From positions 4,278,001 through 4,342,000 of the forward strand of contig NC_045717.1 of the NCBI RefSeq assembly GCF_009834535.1: a DNA stretch of 64,000 bases. The letters run 5' to 3'. The translations under genes and the position numbers were made by a program. Below, piece after piece: positions 35,340-47,805 of this stretch (position 1 is the first letter of the stretch; every line of letters starts with the position of its first letter). Below the pieces are notes generated by a model. That model was not told the DNA's origin. It did no database searches and worked only from the letters and a program-made list of their open reading frames with translations. The DNA comes from Camelus ferus. Taxonomy: Eukaryota.

Positions 35340-35878
35340 GATGACTGCACTCATCAGCAATCTCACTCCTAATAATTTGTCCTAGAGAAATGAAAACTTA
35401 CGCTCCCACAAAAAGCTGTACCCAGATGTGCATAGCACTTGTCTTCCTAACTGCCAAACACTGGAAGCAACACAAATGTCTTTCAACAGGTGAATAGATT
35501 AACAAACTGTGGCCCATCCGCACAATGAAGTACTACTCGCAATGAAAAGGAACAGGCACCCCCATGGATGTATCTCAAAGACATCGCGCTGCGTGAAGGA
35601 ATTCATCCTCAAAAGGTTACACTCCGCCCGGTTTCATGGAGGTGACATTCTCGAAAGGACAAAGCTACAGTGACAGAGGACAGATCAGTGGTTGCCTGGG
35701 AGTAGGGATGGGGATAAGATGAGACTATGGCAGAGAGCAGGGGAGGGGAGTTTCCCTGAGTGCTGTATCCTGATCGTGGCGGTGGTTACACAGATGTGTG
35801 CATGTGTTAACGTTCATAGAAATGGACAAGAAAAAGTCAGTTTTACAGTCTGGAAGCTTCAAAATAAAATATAAAAAC
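35340..35878 (+). mobile_element. Old L1 3' end (L1MC/MD-type)
   Basis: gagaaatgaaaacttacg...tggaagcaacacaaatgtctttcaacaggtgaatag...cagatcagtggttgcctggg...A-rich tail. Confidence 0.85.
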
Positions 35879-36294
35879 GTAACAGGGCTGCCGTCAGCTG
35901 TGTTGGCGTGCTTTCTGTTTCCTGTGATGCCTCTTGGCGCCGTCAGTCATGAACATGTTGGGGAAAATCAGCTATGAAATTATGAGCCTTTTGCTTTTTA
36001 ATGATGTCATTTCCCTCTTTACCAACTTCACAGGCACCAGCCGGAACTACTGGAAAACGCCTTGAGAAATAATAGATGCTGCTGGCGAGACAGGAGTGAG
36101 AGGTGGTGTGCGGGGGGCACCTGCCCACACTCTGGACGGAAACCCCGCCCTGTCCCCAGCCTGTCCCTCTGCCGTCTTGGAAGAAGCCCTCCACATCTCC
36201 ATCTGGCCACCTGGCTTCCCTCCCTCTCCGCCTCTCATCACTGCCCTCTGTCCCTTTCTGCCTGAGGAAAATCTGGTGCCATCGCCCTTTAAGT

Positions 36295-36410
36295 CAGTGA
36301 TTGTCAACCTTGACTGTGCATTAGAATCACCTGGGAAGTTTTATAAACTCCTGATGCCCAGACCGAGCCCGGGACCAGTGAACTCAGACTCTCTGGGGAA
36401 GGGCCCTTTG
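36295..36410. mobile_element. MER5A-like hAT-Charlie fragment
   Basis: cagtgattgtcaaccttgactgtgcattagaatcacctgggaag. Confidence 0.85.
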
Positions 36411-37009
36411 GCTGCAGACAGTAGCAACAATTATATCCCTGCATTGTAAAGATGACACATTTTGATGTGAGATACCAAAGATTAGCTCACTAGACCCCCA
36501 AGCTCAGGCCCGAGGGGATGCACAGGAAGGCTCTTGGGGCGCTCCACGTTGGTGACCGGGATTGAAGGGAGATGGGTTCCCAGTCTGTCCTCTTTTTACA
36601 CCTGGCTCCATGCAGTCCCACAAGGGGCCTTGCACAATCAATCCCATGTGGACAAACCAGTCTTGTGTCTAAGGTGTGCTTACACTTCCCCCAAATGGCC
36701 ATTTTTGGATACTCCTGGTGTCAGAGATATGAATGCCGCAGGTGCAAACTGCTTTTGGAAGCTTGGCACTAGGGAAAAAGTCCAGGCAGCCTTGGAAGCA
36801 GATGGGGGCTGTTTGTGCAGGAATTCCAGACTGCGGTTTCAGATGCTCAAAGCATGGTCTCGAAGTAGGGATTAGGTACCAGCCAGGGGACTGTGGACTC
36901 GTCAACATACGGGAGGGCTGTGGCCAGAGGGGAGATGTATAGGATCTAGAAAGTGCAGGGTTTAGAGTAGGGTCCCCTCTTGTCCAGGTCTAAGAGATAG
37001 TACTTGGAA

Positions 37010-37212
37010 TTACACTAACCAATATGGTAGCCACGGGCCGCATGTGGCTATACACATTTAAGTTAATTAAAGTTAAATGACATTTACATTCATTTCCTCA
37101 GTTGCATTGGCCACATTTCAGGAGCTCCACGTAGTTTATGACTTTCACACTGGACATCACAGATACAGGTCATTTCCATCATCACAGAAAAGTGTTACTG
37201 GACAGCAATGGT
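37010..37212. mobile_element. MER3-like hAT-Charlie MITE
   Basis: ccaatatggtagccacgggccgcatgtggcta...tttccatcatcacagaaaagtgttactggacagc. Confidence 0.85.
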
Positions 37213-38372
37213 CTGGAGGTTCAGAGAATTGGAGAGTTTTCTCCAGAGTCATGTAGTAGACAAGTCTGGGGCTGGAATTTGGACGAAGGTCTGTCTGATT
37301 CTAAGCCCTCTGTTTGCTTTCCATTCCCGACCTTGAAAAAAACTAATTATCTCTTCCCAGTCTTGTTCCTTTATCTATAAAACAAAAATAAACCCCTCAA
37401 ATGGGAGTGTGTGTGCGTTGTGAGGATTAAATGAGATCATGTCAACAAAATGCCCACAGCGGAGTAGATCGTTGCTTCTCGGTAAATTCGGTTTCCTTCT
37501 CCTGCCTCGGCAGGGGCTGAGAAAAGGAGCAGCAGAAGGATTAAGAAGCCCTTTCTGCTTCCAATACGCAAAATAAGAGAATGATTTGAAAATGGACGGA
37601 AGATGCTCCTTGGTAAACACATGAGTGACGATGCACCCACATTGGAAAGACAACTAATTTTGACGTGAGATGCTAAGGGTTAGCTAATTAAACTCCAAAG
37701 CCAGAAGTTTTGTTTGAAAGATCGAAATAATTTCACATGCAACTGGGACTTTTTAACAAAAGGTGTGGGGAGTGTATTCATTTTCTGATTATTTATAACT
37801 GAGAGGCAGGGAAGAACCCATTAGACACCGAAGCTCCACACTTAATAGCTGGATCTGTTGTCTTACAAACGCTACCTTCAGGATGAAAAAAAGACATACT
37901 TCTGACAGTGTGTTATCTTGGAGGGTAAAGGCAAATGTCTTTGACTGTCTGTAAGGATGCCGGTCAGCGCCTTCGCCCTCCTGCTCTGTGAACTTGAGGG
38001 ATCCCCTCCCCTCTCTGGGCTCATTGTCTCCTCTGGGGAGAGGGGGCTGGATGAGGGGATTTTAGGGGTCTTTCACATGTGCTGATACAAAATTCTATAA
38101 AGAACAATCTTTAAAAAAAATTATTTTAAAAATTAGAACTAGTTTGCTTTATCTTTCATATATCAGCAGTGCTTAAACAGATTAAGAAATCTCCCGCCCG
38201 TAGGGGAAGAGATTTGTGTGCCATTTACTTGTAAAAGTGGGAGATGGGCCTTTTTTTTCCCTTTTCATGACATCACTGATGAAGGAAAATTAGACGAGTC
38301 ATGAGATTAAGAGAACGTATGACTCCTTCATTGAGGGAAGTTTTCTAATACCAATAATGCTGAAGATATTGG

Positions 38373-38905
38373 TTCATTCTTTTACCCACAGATTCAAAAA
38401 ATATTTATTTAGCTCTGATAATGTGTAGCAGGAAGTGTTCGAGGCACTGGTGAGGCAGCAATAGCAAAGTAGACAGGTCTCTTGCTCACATAAATTACAT
38501 TCTAGGTTCGGAGGACAGAGTATCAACAAGAAAAGAACTGAAGAAGTGGCAGGTGTGTGATGTAGGCGTGTAATGTGTCAGGCGATGCTCACTAACAAAG
38601 CATAAATCAGAGCTGAGAAGGGAGAGGATGCTGTGACCCGGAAGGCTGGTATCTTAGGTGGGGAATCAGAGGAGACGTCTTTAAGGAGGTGACGCTCGAG
38701 TAGATTTCTGCATGAAATGAGGACGTGAGTCAAGTGCAAGAATGTTCCAGACAGAGGGGACAGCAAAAGCAAAATCTTGAGATGAGAGAAGACTTCATAG
38801 GTTTTAAGAACAGAAAGGCTGATGCTACTAGAGCTGGGGTGAAGCTGGGCAGGTTAGAGCAGGGAAAGAAGAGAGTGGGAGAGGCCGGAGTGATGTCCTG
38901 GGACT
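38373..38905 (-). mobile_element. L2a 3' portion
   Basis: ttcattc...aatatttatttagc...aggaggtgacgctcgag...aatgttccagacagagggacagcaaaagcaaaatcttgag. Confidence 0.85.
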
Positions 38906-38909
38906 AGAT

Positions 38910-39130
38910 CAGAGTTCAGCAAACTGTAGCCTGTGAACCAAATCCAAACTGATGGCTGAGTTTTTAAATAAAGTTTTATTGGCACACAGCCGCAGCCATT
39001 CCTTTACTCTTGTGGGTGGCAGCATTCCCACGACAGTGGGACGTAAGTAGCTGTAACAGAGACCGTCTGGTTTGCAAAGCCTAAAATATTTACTAGCAGG
39101 CTCTTCAGAGAGAAAATTATCTGTCTCCAG
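38910..39130. mobile_element. MER58A hAT-Charlie MITE
   Basis: cagcaaactgtagcctgtgaaccaaatcc...aaataaagttttattggcacacagcc...gcaaagcctaaaatatttact. Confidence 0.9.
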
Positions 39131-39671
39131 CTTGAGAATATTATTTCACTGTATTTTCAACCTTGCTGCGCCATGATAATGTCTCATAACACAGAATATA
39201 GGTGGTTTTTTTTATACAACGTGAGCATCTCTGTATTTTTAAATGGCCTCTATTTGAATCTATTTCTATCACATTATGCTCTCCACTTGCCCTGCCCTTC
39301 TTTCTCTCGGCGTATCTTTTTCTGCATTACTCTATTCCTTTGTATCCATGCATTCCCCCATCCCCTCACTTTCGGTCTGTGGATTTATTTTTACAGAGTG
39401 CACAAATAAAATTGCTCGGCTGAGAAATGTCTTGATGAGACATTTTATTTTCCACAAAGACAAAGCCAGAAAATTGACTGAGTGGTTAAGAAAAGTGGAG
39501 CATTTAATTCTCAACCTGAGGACTGGCCGGGCAAGCTGAAGAATTCATAGAAAGCAGAAAGTGGAAACAAGACCAAGAATGAGAAAGAAGGTAACAGCCG
39601 AAGACCTTGTTATTGACTAAAATATCTGAAATCGGTACTGGTTAAAAAGATAACCTCCACATTTTTTTCCA

Positions 39672-39900
39672 AATATTTTTTGTTGTGGTAAAAAACACAA
39701 ACATAAAATTGCCCATCATAACCATTTTCAAGTGGACAGCTCAGTGGCATGAAATTGCTTTATAATGAGCCCCCATCACCACCATCCACCTCCCGAAATC
39801 TTCACCTTCTTAAAACTGCAAGTCTGTCCCCATTAAATGCCAATTCCCCATTCGCCTCCCTCTCAGCCCCACAGCAACCACATTCTACTTTCTGAGTATG
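39672..39900 (-). mobile_element. L1MB-type 3' end
   Basis: ttgttgtggtaaaaaacacaaacataaaattgcccatcataaccattttcaagtggacagctcagtggc. Confidence 0.85.
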
Positions 39901-40279
39901 GACATTTTTAAGCTTGCCTTTTCCCTTTCAAATCAAAGGTAAATAATATTGCTATGTTGTCCCGGATTGACTTTGCAGACATTTTGTTTTTTCCTCTGGC
40001 TGACTCATGTAATGCATTTCAGCCAAAAAAATTCCCCCCTTGATTCGTTGTTACTGCGTTGACTTGTTTTTCTATGTAGTTGTGGCCACTTCAAGCCTGA
40101 GCGAAGCCTTCCTCTTCAGGTGTTCACGTGCATCAGGTTGTCTGTGGGTTTCGTCTTCCCGAATCCCTCTGTGGGAGCTTCTGGCCCCATCCATGCTGGG
40201 CAGGTGCCCTCCGTGCTGGGCACACAGCTTGCCTCCTGCCATTTCCCCTCGCCGACCCTCCGCGGGTTTTCTCCTCGTC

Positions 40280-41030
40280 CTCCTGTGCCCCGCAGCCTGC
40301 CCTCCTCTGTCTTGGCTTGCCACCTCCCTTGGAAGCAGCGCACTTTCAAGCTGCTTCCTAAGAACGGGTGCACGGGGGTGCCTGGGACCTTGCCTTTCTG
40401 AAAACGTTCTTCATCTATATTCATCCTGAACAGCGCTTTGGTCAGCTCCACGATTCTCTGCCAGAGCTGGTCTCTGGAACTTTGAAGACATTCACTGTTG
40501 TCTTCCAGTTTGTACTGAACAGTCTGAGCAGTTCTCACACCTGATCTTTTGGGATGTGACAATTTCCTTGCTGGAAGCTTGAGAGAGATTTTTTTCCCCC
40601 CGAACTTCTGAAATTTCACAATTATGTGCTTTGACGTTGATCTATTTTTATCCACTGTGCGGGTCCTTGGGTGATGGGTTCTCTCGACCTGGACTCTCCT
40701 ATTTGGGAAATTTTCTTGGTGAAGACTTTTTTGCCATCTATTCTCTCTCTCTCTCCTTTTTTTACTTTCTGAAGCTCTTACTGTTTGAGCATTGGGCTTT
40801 TTGGACCCCTTTAAAAATATCTTCCAAATCTTTGTTCTATTTTTTATTTTGAACGGGGCTCTGGGGGTAGGGGCAGATTTCCTCAACTCTTATCTTCCAA
40901 TCCTGCTACTGAGTTTTTAATTTCTACTCTTTCCAAGATTTTTTTTTTTTGTTCCCTGTTTCTTTTTATAGTATCCGATTTCCATATCTTTTCATGTGTT
41001 TCTGAGGATATTCATGATGGCAAATGGCAT
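40280..41030 (-). mobile_element. Ancient L1 ORF1 / HAL1-like remnant
   Basis: ORF 40116-40886(-) contains ENFPN..QVERTH..RSTSKHIIVKFQKF..KKISLK and QRIVELTKALF, resembling the L1 ORF1p RRM and CTD (ENFP..IERAHR..TPRHIIVKF..KEKILK; PRILYPAKLSF). Confidence 0.75.
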
Positions 41031-43469
41031 GGGGATCTTCATCAGCAAGGGCATTCATTCCGATTCTTGGAAAATGTTGTGTGCTGTGGGAGGGGAGGGT
41101 GAGTGAAGAGAAGGATCAGTGAAGGGGGAGCCTTTTGGGAGGTGGGGGCGAGAAAGAAAGAAGGAAGAGAGATGCAGTTGCTAGGAGCGATGGATTTTGG
41201 AGACAGTGGTGGGTAAAGAGATTTTAAAGGAAATCTTGCTTGGTTTTGTGCCATGTAATTTCCCCTTTGCACGCTCCTTAAGAGGTCTTGGAAAACAGAC
41301 CTGCCTTACTTTTCAAGGCTTTCCTAGCTGTACTTACATTTCTTTTGGAGGTGACCCAAAGCCCAAGATACTTCTAGGGCAGCCTGTTTTTATTTGTAGA
41401 GCCCCGGATTCCCCAGGGGGAATCTGATTCCACCTGGGACCTCAGTTGGGAAGTTTCTTTTCTCTGTGAAGGGGGTGGAGTACAGTCATCCTTGTCAGGC
41501 TCAGAGCAGAGTTCCAGATTGGACAGAGTTGCCATTTCTAGATCATCACTAAATAGCAAAAGGCATTTTTCAGAGAGCCTTGGAGTAAGCAGAGCTCCCT
41601 AGGGAGGGACTCAAGGTGGTTGTACTTAGAGGGGTTCTGAGCATGGCCAATAGCAAGGGAAACTGAGGGACACAGCAGAAAGAAGCACCTCAGAATAGAT
41701 GTGTTGTGCATAGGCAGGCAGAACTTTGCCGCAAACCCAGAAATCCAAGCAGACAAGACCCACATTGGACCACAACAGATCTGAGCAGAAACAGTCTCCT
41801 AACCTCATCTGCCTGTATGGTTTCACCGACTGCTTAGCAAGAAGAAAATGGAAATTAGCATCAGAACTCTGCTGCGAAGGGTTAGTGGTTACTATTTATG
41901 ATCGATGGGGATGTAGGCATGACCCCTCTCTTAGAAAGCTTGCACAGATGGCTGGCTGCTAGTTCAGAAAGAAATCAGGAATTCTGGACCCCGGGTCCCT
42001 TGCTTACGTTGGGCACATGCTCATACTGTTCACACTCAGTCCAGAGTGACGGAGGTGACGCTTCTCACTAGTTTGTTTCCTTCATAAAGTCTCCCGCTAC
42101 AGAGCTCACCAACGAAAAGAATGCACAGTATGATCCTGTTTTTGAAACTTTTTTTTCTCTCTATGCCCAACTATATTTAAGTAGAAAAAAAGATAAGAAG
42201 GTGTAACAGAAAAATCTGCACAGTATTATTTGGATCAGCGAGGCTATACACGGTCAAAATTTTTTCTTTTAGCATGTCTTTATCTTTTAAACCTTTTAAT
42301 GTGAAGGTGATTACTTTTATCATGAGATAAAAAGTTAATCTTTCAATAATAATAGCGGCTGGGTCACACCAGCTGACACTTGGTGGATGCTCGACCTGAG
42401 CCAGGAAACGTGCTGGGCACATCAGAGCCATCATCCCGTTTCCTTCTCGCAGCATCCAGTGAAGCAGTGTTCTCTTTACTCTCTTAGTACAAAGTAGGAA
42501 ACCCGGGACAGGAAGTCATGTGCCCCAGTGCACGTGGCTAATGGGAGGCAAAATTGGGGCCTTTCTGGTTCCAAAGCTCATGTTTTGTTAATTTTTGTTT
42601 ATTTTTGTCTCCCTGAAATGTTTCCCAAGGAAATGCTATGCAATGGAAGACGTGCAATGCAACTTCTTTCCCCTCCAAAGAGTTTGCATCTTCTAAAATG
42701 ACAACTTAATAAGAAATATGTCCACACTGGGCACAGTGTGGGAGGAATTTGCATGTGTAAAATGATTCTCTTAGGTTGGACAGGTTATAAAACACATGTT
42801 TTCTTTTCTTCTGATTTCCCCTTTGAAGTCCTTTGAAGTGATAGATGTCTTAGACCTAGTATAAGAAATGCAATTTGAAAAAAAAATGATGTCTCTGAGA
42901 AGCCAGTACTTTTCTCATCATATCAGCAAGCTACAAAATTCCCAGTGTTTTAAAACAAAATATGACAGACACCATTCTGGCAGCTCTCAGAGGAGCCCAG
43001 AGCCGTAATCTCAGGTTTTTTGAACAGTAAGCCAGGAAAATGCTATTTCAGACCCTTGGATCTCTGGGGGAGATTATCGTTCCTGTATCCCCAGGGCAGC
43101 ATGTGTTGTTATCACGGCTCTGCAGAGCCTAAAAGGTCACGCTTTCCTCGCGTCTGCAGCAGACCGAGCTCGACTTTGCTGTGGAATTGCCACAGCGTTT
43201 TCATTTCTGCCTGGGCCACCGTCACTTCTGAGCCTCAAGTATAGTCTTGGGAAAATGAAGCTGGGTATTTTTTAGGAATCTTTTTCTCAGACCATTGAAG
43301 TTATTTCTCTTGGAGGTAATTTGGATCTTTCTGACCGTGTCATATTTCCCCCAAGAAAGTGATGCACATGAACTTCAGAAGAAGACTTCTGTTCAACGGT
43401 TAGGAGACCTGAGAAGTTGTGACACGTCTCCCCACCCTGAAAGTCCCCATAGCTTATCCTCTCTTCCCT

Positions 43470-43980
43470 TTATCAATCCATTCTCTACATGCTCCAGAGT
43501 GAAGTTTCCAGGAAACAAAACCCCTGATCAGGTCCCGCTGATGTTTTACATCATCCAGTGGCTTCCCAGTCCTTCAAGGATGAAGCCCCCACCTCCCAGC
43601 ACAGCATTCAAGGTCCTTCTGCCCCTGACTTTGTGGCCAGCCTCACCTGCAGCAAACGCCCCTTGCATTCACCTGCATCCCATCTATGGAAAGTGACTTG
43701 TTTTCCCTTGCTGATACCTTGCACCCTGAAGATCTGTCTCTGCTCATGTTGTTCCTGCTGTCTGGAGTGCTAGCCTGACCCCTCGTCCACCCCTAAAACT
43801 CACCAGGATTCTGTTAAATTGAGCTCAAATGCAACTTCCTCTAGAACGCTTTTTCTCCAACTCACTCTTTCCCTCCACTTCTCCCTTTCACGTCTCCCAC
43901 TGAACCACTTCCTCATGTTCCCCGCACCCCACAGTACCCTGTCCACCCCTCTGGTACAGCCCTCTACACGCTGCTCTGTG
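43470..43980 (+). mobile_element. L2 fragment
   Basis: ccagagtgaagtttcc...catccagtggcttcccagtccttcaggatgaagccc-like, gctcaaatgcaacttcctctagaacgc. Confidence 0.75.
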
Positions 43981-43984
43981 ATTA

Positions 43985-44230
43985 TGAAAGAACAGCACTT
44001 AACAGCATGGATCCTGAAGTCAGATGGACCTGGGTTGGTTAGGAGTCCAGATTCCCCACGTGTTGGCTGTGTGACTTCCGGCAGGTTATGATCGCCTCTT
44101 TCTCAGAATTAATTTCCTTTCTATGACTTGCAGCATAATAGAATCACCTTGCAAGGTTGGGAAGATTAAAGGAGACCGTGCATGCAAAGTGACAGTGTGG
44201 CACCTGAACTAGAGGCGACCTCAGCTAGCG
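43985..44230 (+). mobile_element. MIR
   Basis: agtcagatggacctgggtt...ggctgtgtgacttccggcaggtta...aaaggagaccgtgcatgcaaagtg. Confidence 0.7.
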
Positions 44231-45569
44231 GCACCTCTGTCATTTCCGTCATCCATTGCCTCTGTGTTTGTGACCACGTCATCCTTAAGAGTGGAACTGT
44301 GGCCACTTCGTATCTGTAATGTAAATGCTTGGCACGGGGGCCTGGCCCAGAAAACACTGCGCTTGTGGAATGCAGAGCCCACTGTGGAGGGTTGACATCC
44401 TTGTTTGAATAAAGGGAATCAATGATCCAATCACAATGTGAATTGCTACTGGTACCCAGCACCCTGTCAAAGGCCCCGAGCTTGGCCTCAGAGCCCAACA
44501 GGAGCCCACGTTTGCAATGCTAACTCCACTTCCCCACTACTCTTCTAGGCTCCTTTGCAAATTTTATGCCTTGAAGGTTAGATAATAGCACTGGTAGTTC
44601 CGCCCCGAATTCACATTTTACTTTCAAATGCTCCTGCATTCATCTAGATCCTAAAAGTGGTCCTGATTCTCCCAGAATCCACTCATACTCCGGAAACTGG
44701 GCAGAAGTCAAAGCATAGGCAGGAAAAGCAAAAATAATTTTCTGGTTTAGCTGAAGCCTTCTGCAAAGAGTGTGGTTTGGGGGCCTTTGGGGAGATTCTC
44801 TTCTTGGAGGTCACAGAGCCCAGGGAGGAAGGCTGGTTCCGGGCGGCCCAGCTCTGCCATCACTGCCTGTGCGGTCCTGGTTCAGGCCCCTGGGCCACTT
44901 AAGCTGGGTTCTGTGAGATGTGCATGGAACTGGGTCTCCCCTGGGCCCAGACACTTGCTTGGCCCAGAGCAAGTGCTCGATTAGTGAAACATTGTTAAAG
45001 GTAGTGTTTGAGAGGATTATCCTGATGGGAACTCCGTGGGAACCCGGTTCGCCCTGTGGCTGCTCAGGTGAGACGGTGGGTCTTGCCTGATTGCAGCATA
45101 TTTGTCCGGGGCTGGGGGAGTCTCTTTGCAGAGAACTGACCCCGAGGGAGGAAGGTACCAAAGGTGGCTGAAGTGGTTGACCAGTAACTGAGTCTTGGTC
45201 ATCACAGGGAAGTGAGGCCCTTAAGTAGACTGGGCGGCAAGGTCTCCACCACTCCATATGCCCCTGGACCAGCTGCCTGGACGCACGCCTGGATTCTAGC
45301 AAGAGAACGCGTGCGCTGTAGTGGGAAAAGGAAGGCGCCTTCACAGTTGTCAGTGTAACACCTTGGGGTCCAAGCAGCTCTAGGTGGGGTCCCTTTCTCA
45401 TCCAGAGAGAGAGAGAGAGCCATTCTTCTGCCCCGCTTTGCCGTGTATTCCTGTGGCCCTTGACCCAGAGCGAGTCTGGGGTATCTCTAGTGCTCAGCAG
45501 ACTGCTCTGGCCCGTTAGGACCAGCCCTGCCCCGCAGAGCAGACCTGCGGTGACAGAGCCAGCAGCTCC

Positions 45570-45660
45570 GGACTGGATTAGGGCCCACCCCAATGGCCTC
45601 GCTGCAATTTAATCAGCTCTTTAAATACAGTCACATTCAGAGGTACTGAAGGTTAGGGCT
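45570..45660 (-). mobile_element. MLT1A-like LTR fragment
   Basis: ggattagggcccaccccaatggcctc...aaatacagtcacattcagaggtactgaaggttagggct. Confidence 0.85.
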
Positions 45661-47129
45661 TTTGTTCCTAGTGAGTCCAATGAAAGCTCTGGAATTGAGT
45701 CCCACTGAACTGGTCTGGCTCGTGCCCCCATTCTAAGCCAGTCACCCTGGAGAAACCACAAGGCTTGAGATTCAGTAAGAGGTTCCTTAAAGGAAAGTCA
45801 AGATGCTCTTACCAGTGAAGAATGGGGCGGCTGCTGGGCTGCTGAGAACACCACAGACTCTCGCTGCAGCATCCTCACTGGAGGTCTCCTGGTGGGCGCA
45901 GGTGACTCGGACCATCCTGGCTTTAAGGCCACAGCTGTCAGATGGCTCCCTGTCTGAACCCCGCTTTTCACGGGCACTGAAGCCTGGTCCCTGTTCTGAG
46001 CAAGGTGGCCTTTCATCAGTCTGTGGAAGGGCAGCCCAGGAAAGAGGCCCTTGGTCCAGCCTGTTTTCTCATCTCCTTAAAGGTAGGAAAACCGAGACCC
46101 CATTCTCCATGGGGAGAGCTGGTCTTTGGGACATTTGTAATGAGAGTCTCTCTGCCTCTGGCCAATATGGGGCCGGCGTGACCATTAGAGGGGGAGCACC
46201 TACCATGGGTGGGGTTCACAGGAAGCTTGTGAGTTTGGTATGATCACTGTTGCCTTTCTACAGATGAGGACACTGAGGCGCAGTGGGGAAGTCACTAGTC
46301 ACACAGGTGGCAGGCAATGGAGCTGGGGTATGGGGGGCTGGGCCCCCCAAGCCACACTCTGTCCCATGTCGCATTTCCATCTCAATACCTCAAACCCTGC
46401 TTATGATGAGTCATCCCATCAGGAAGTCTCCCCCCCGCTGCTGACCGAGTCACCTCCGAAGGCTCCACCCCCTTAGGAGACATCACACTGCGGGGTGGGG
46501 TGTGTGTGGAGAGATTACGTCTTCAACCCATGAACTTATTTAACACACGAATTTGGGGGGAACACGAACATGCAGTTCACAACAGCTGGAGTGGCCAAGA
46601 GGAGCCCTCTTGAGGTGACATTGCAGCTGAAACCGGAGAAGAGGGGAAGACACAGGGGACAGGTCGGGGGAGGTTGAAAGAGGAGGCCCCGGAGTTGGGC
46701 GTTGATGCGTAAGTTGGCACCTACGGTGGTGGGACAGGAGGGAAGGCAGTCGGAGGACGGTAGGAGTAGAGGTGGGGGAACGGGCTCCCAGGCTCAGGAA
46801 GCAGAGCTCTGGATTCTGGCCAGGGATGGAGGTAGGGAAGCAGGAAGTGATGGGAGGAGAAGACCGAGGCCAGCGGTACCTTAGGACATGCTCAGCTACA
46901 TGCCTAAGAGCCAAGCCGACTTTTTGAGCTCGTCCTGGGAGTTCACGAAGCTGTTGCTATTGATTTTAATGGAAATAGGCATAAATTATTCACAGGGTAC
47001 AGCTGAGACTTGTGCACTGCTACACCAGAGGTAAAAGAAAAATACTGTTCGCTAAGTGCCAACCACAGGCTAAGAAGTAGAAACAGGTTGTTCGCACTTT
47101 TGGAGAAAGCTCTGCCGCCACTCAGATGA

Positions 47130-47700
47130 CGCTGTCAGGTTCTGGGACGTTCTGGTATCTTCCTGCATCACGACATAGACACCTGCGGTTCCCGTGGCCG
47201 GGAAGCTGCTTGTCACCACCTTCCTTGTCTGACTCCTGCTTACCCGTCAGGTCTGCAGGACCCTGACGCTTCCTTAGAGGCTCTCCCGGGCATCCACCTC
47301 TGCCACCCTGACGGTCTCTCATCTTACCCTATTTTTGAAAACCTTCTCTGTGCTTCTCACATTTTGAGATTATGTTTTTATTTCTCTGTGTGTTTCATGC
47401 TCACTCGTCCAGTGCACTGCGAATTTCCCAGAGAGAAGGATCATTTCTGTCCTACTCATCCTCGAATCCCCAGGTCTGACTGGGTGCCTGGCACATAGCA
47501 GGTACTGGACGAATGTTGGTTGAAATGAAATGAAATAAAACGAGCCGGGGCCGTGCTAAGAAGCTCCACAAATGATGGGTCACTTAATCCTCACAGCAAC
47601 CTAATGAGAAAGAGAGCATTATCACTACTGTATAGATGTGGGAACTGACACCCAAGGTCACACCATTTGTAGGGGGTGGAGCTAAATTCAAGTTCAAGAC
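47130..47700. mobile_element. L2 3' end (+) followed by MIR (-)
   Basis: gtgcctggcacatagcaggtactggacgaatgttggttgaaatgaaatga; then ttaatcctcacagcaacctaatgag. Confidence 0.75.
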
Positions 47701-47757
47701 TATTTTTTTGACTGACTAGCAGGCTCTGAGACAGCACCAGGCACCTCTAACCAAAAA

Positions 47758-47760
<3 letters not shown>

Positions 47761-47796
<36 letters not shown>

Positions 47797-47805
47797 TACA
47801 CACTC
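47761..47805. repeat. (CA)n microsatellite
   Basis: Seen directly. Confidence 0.95.

Noticed and set aside
44811-45593. 260-aa minus-strand ORF
   Set aside because: It has no recognisable homology, begins in an MLT1A fragment, crosses L2/MIR-like sequence, and GC-rich DNA is stop-poor.
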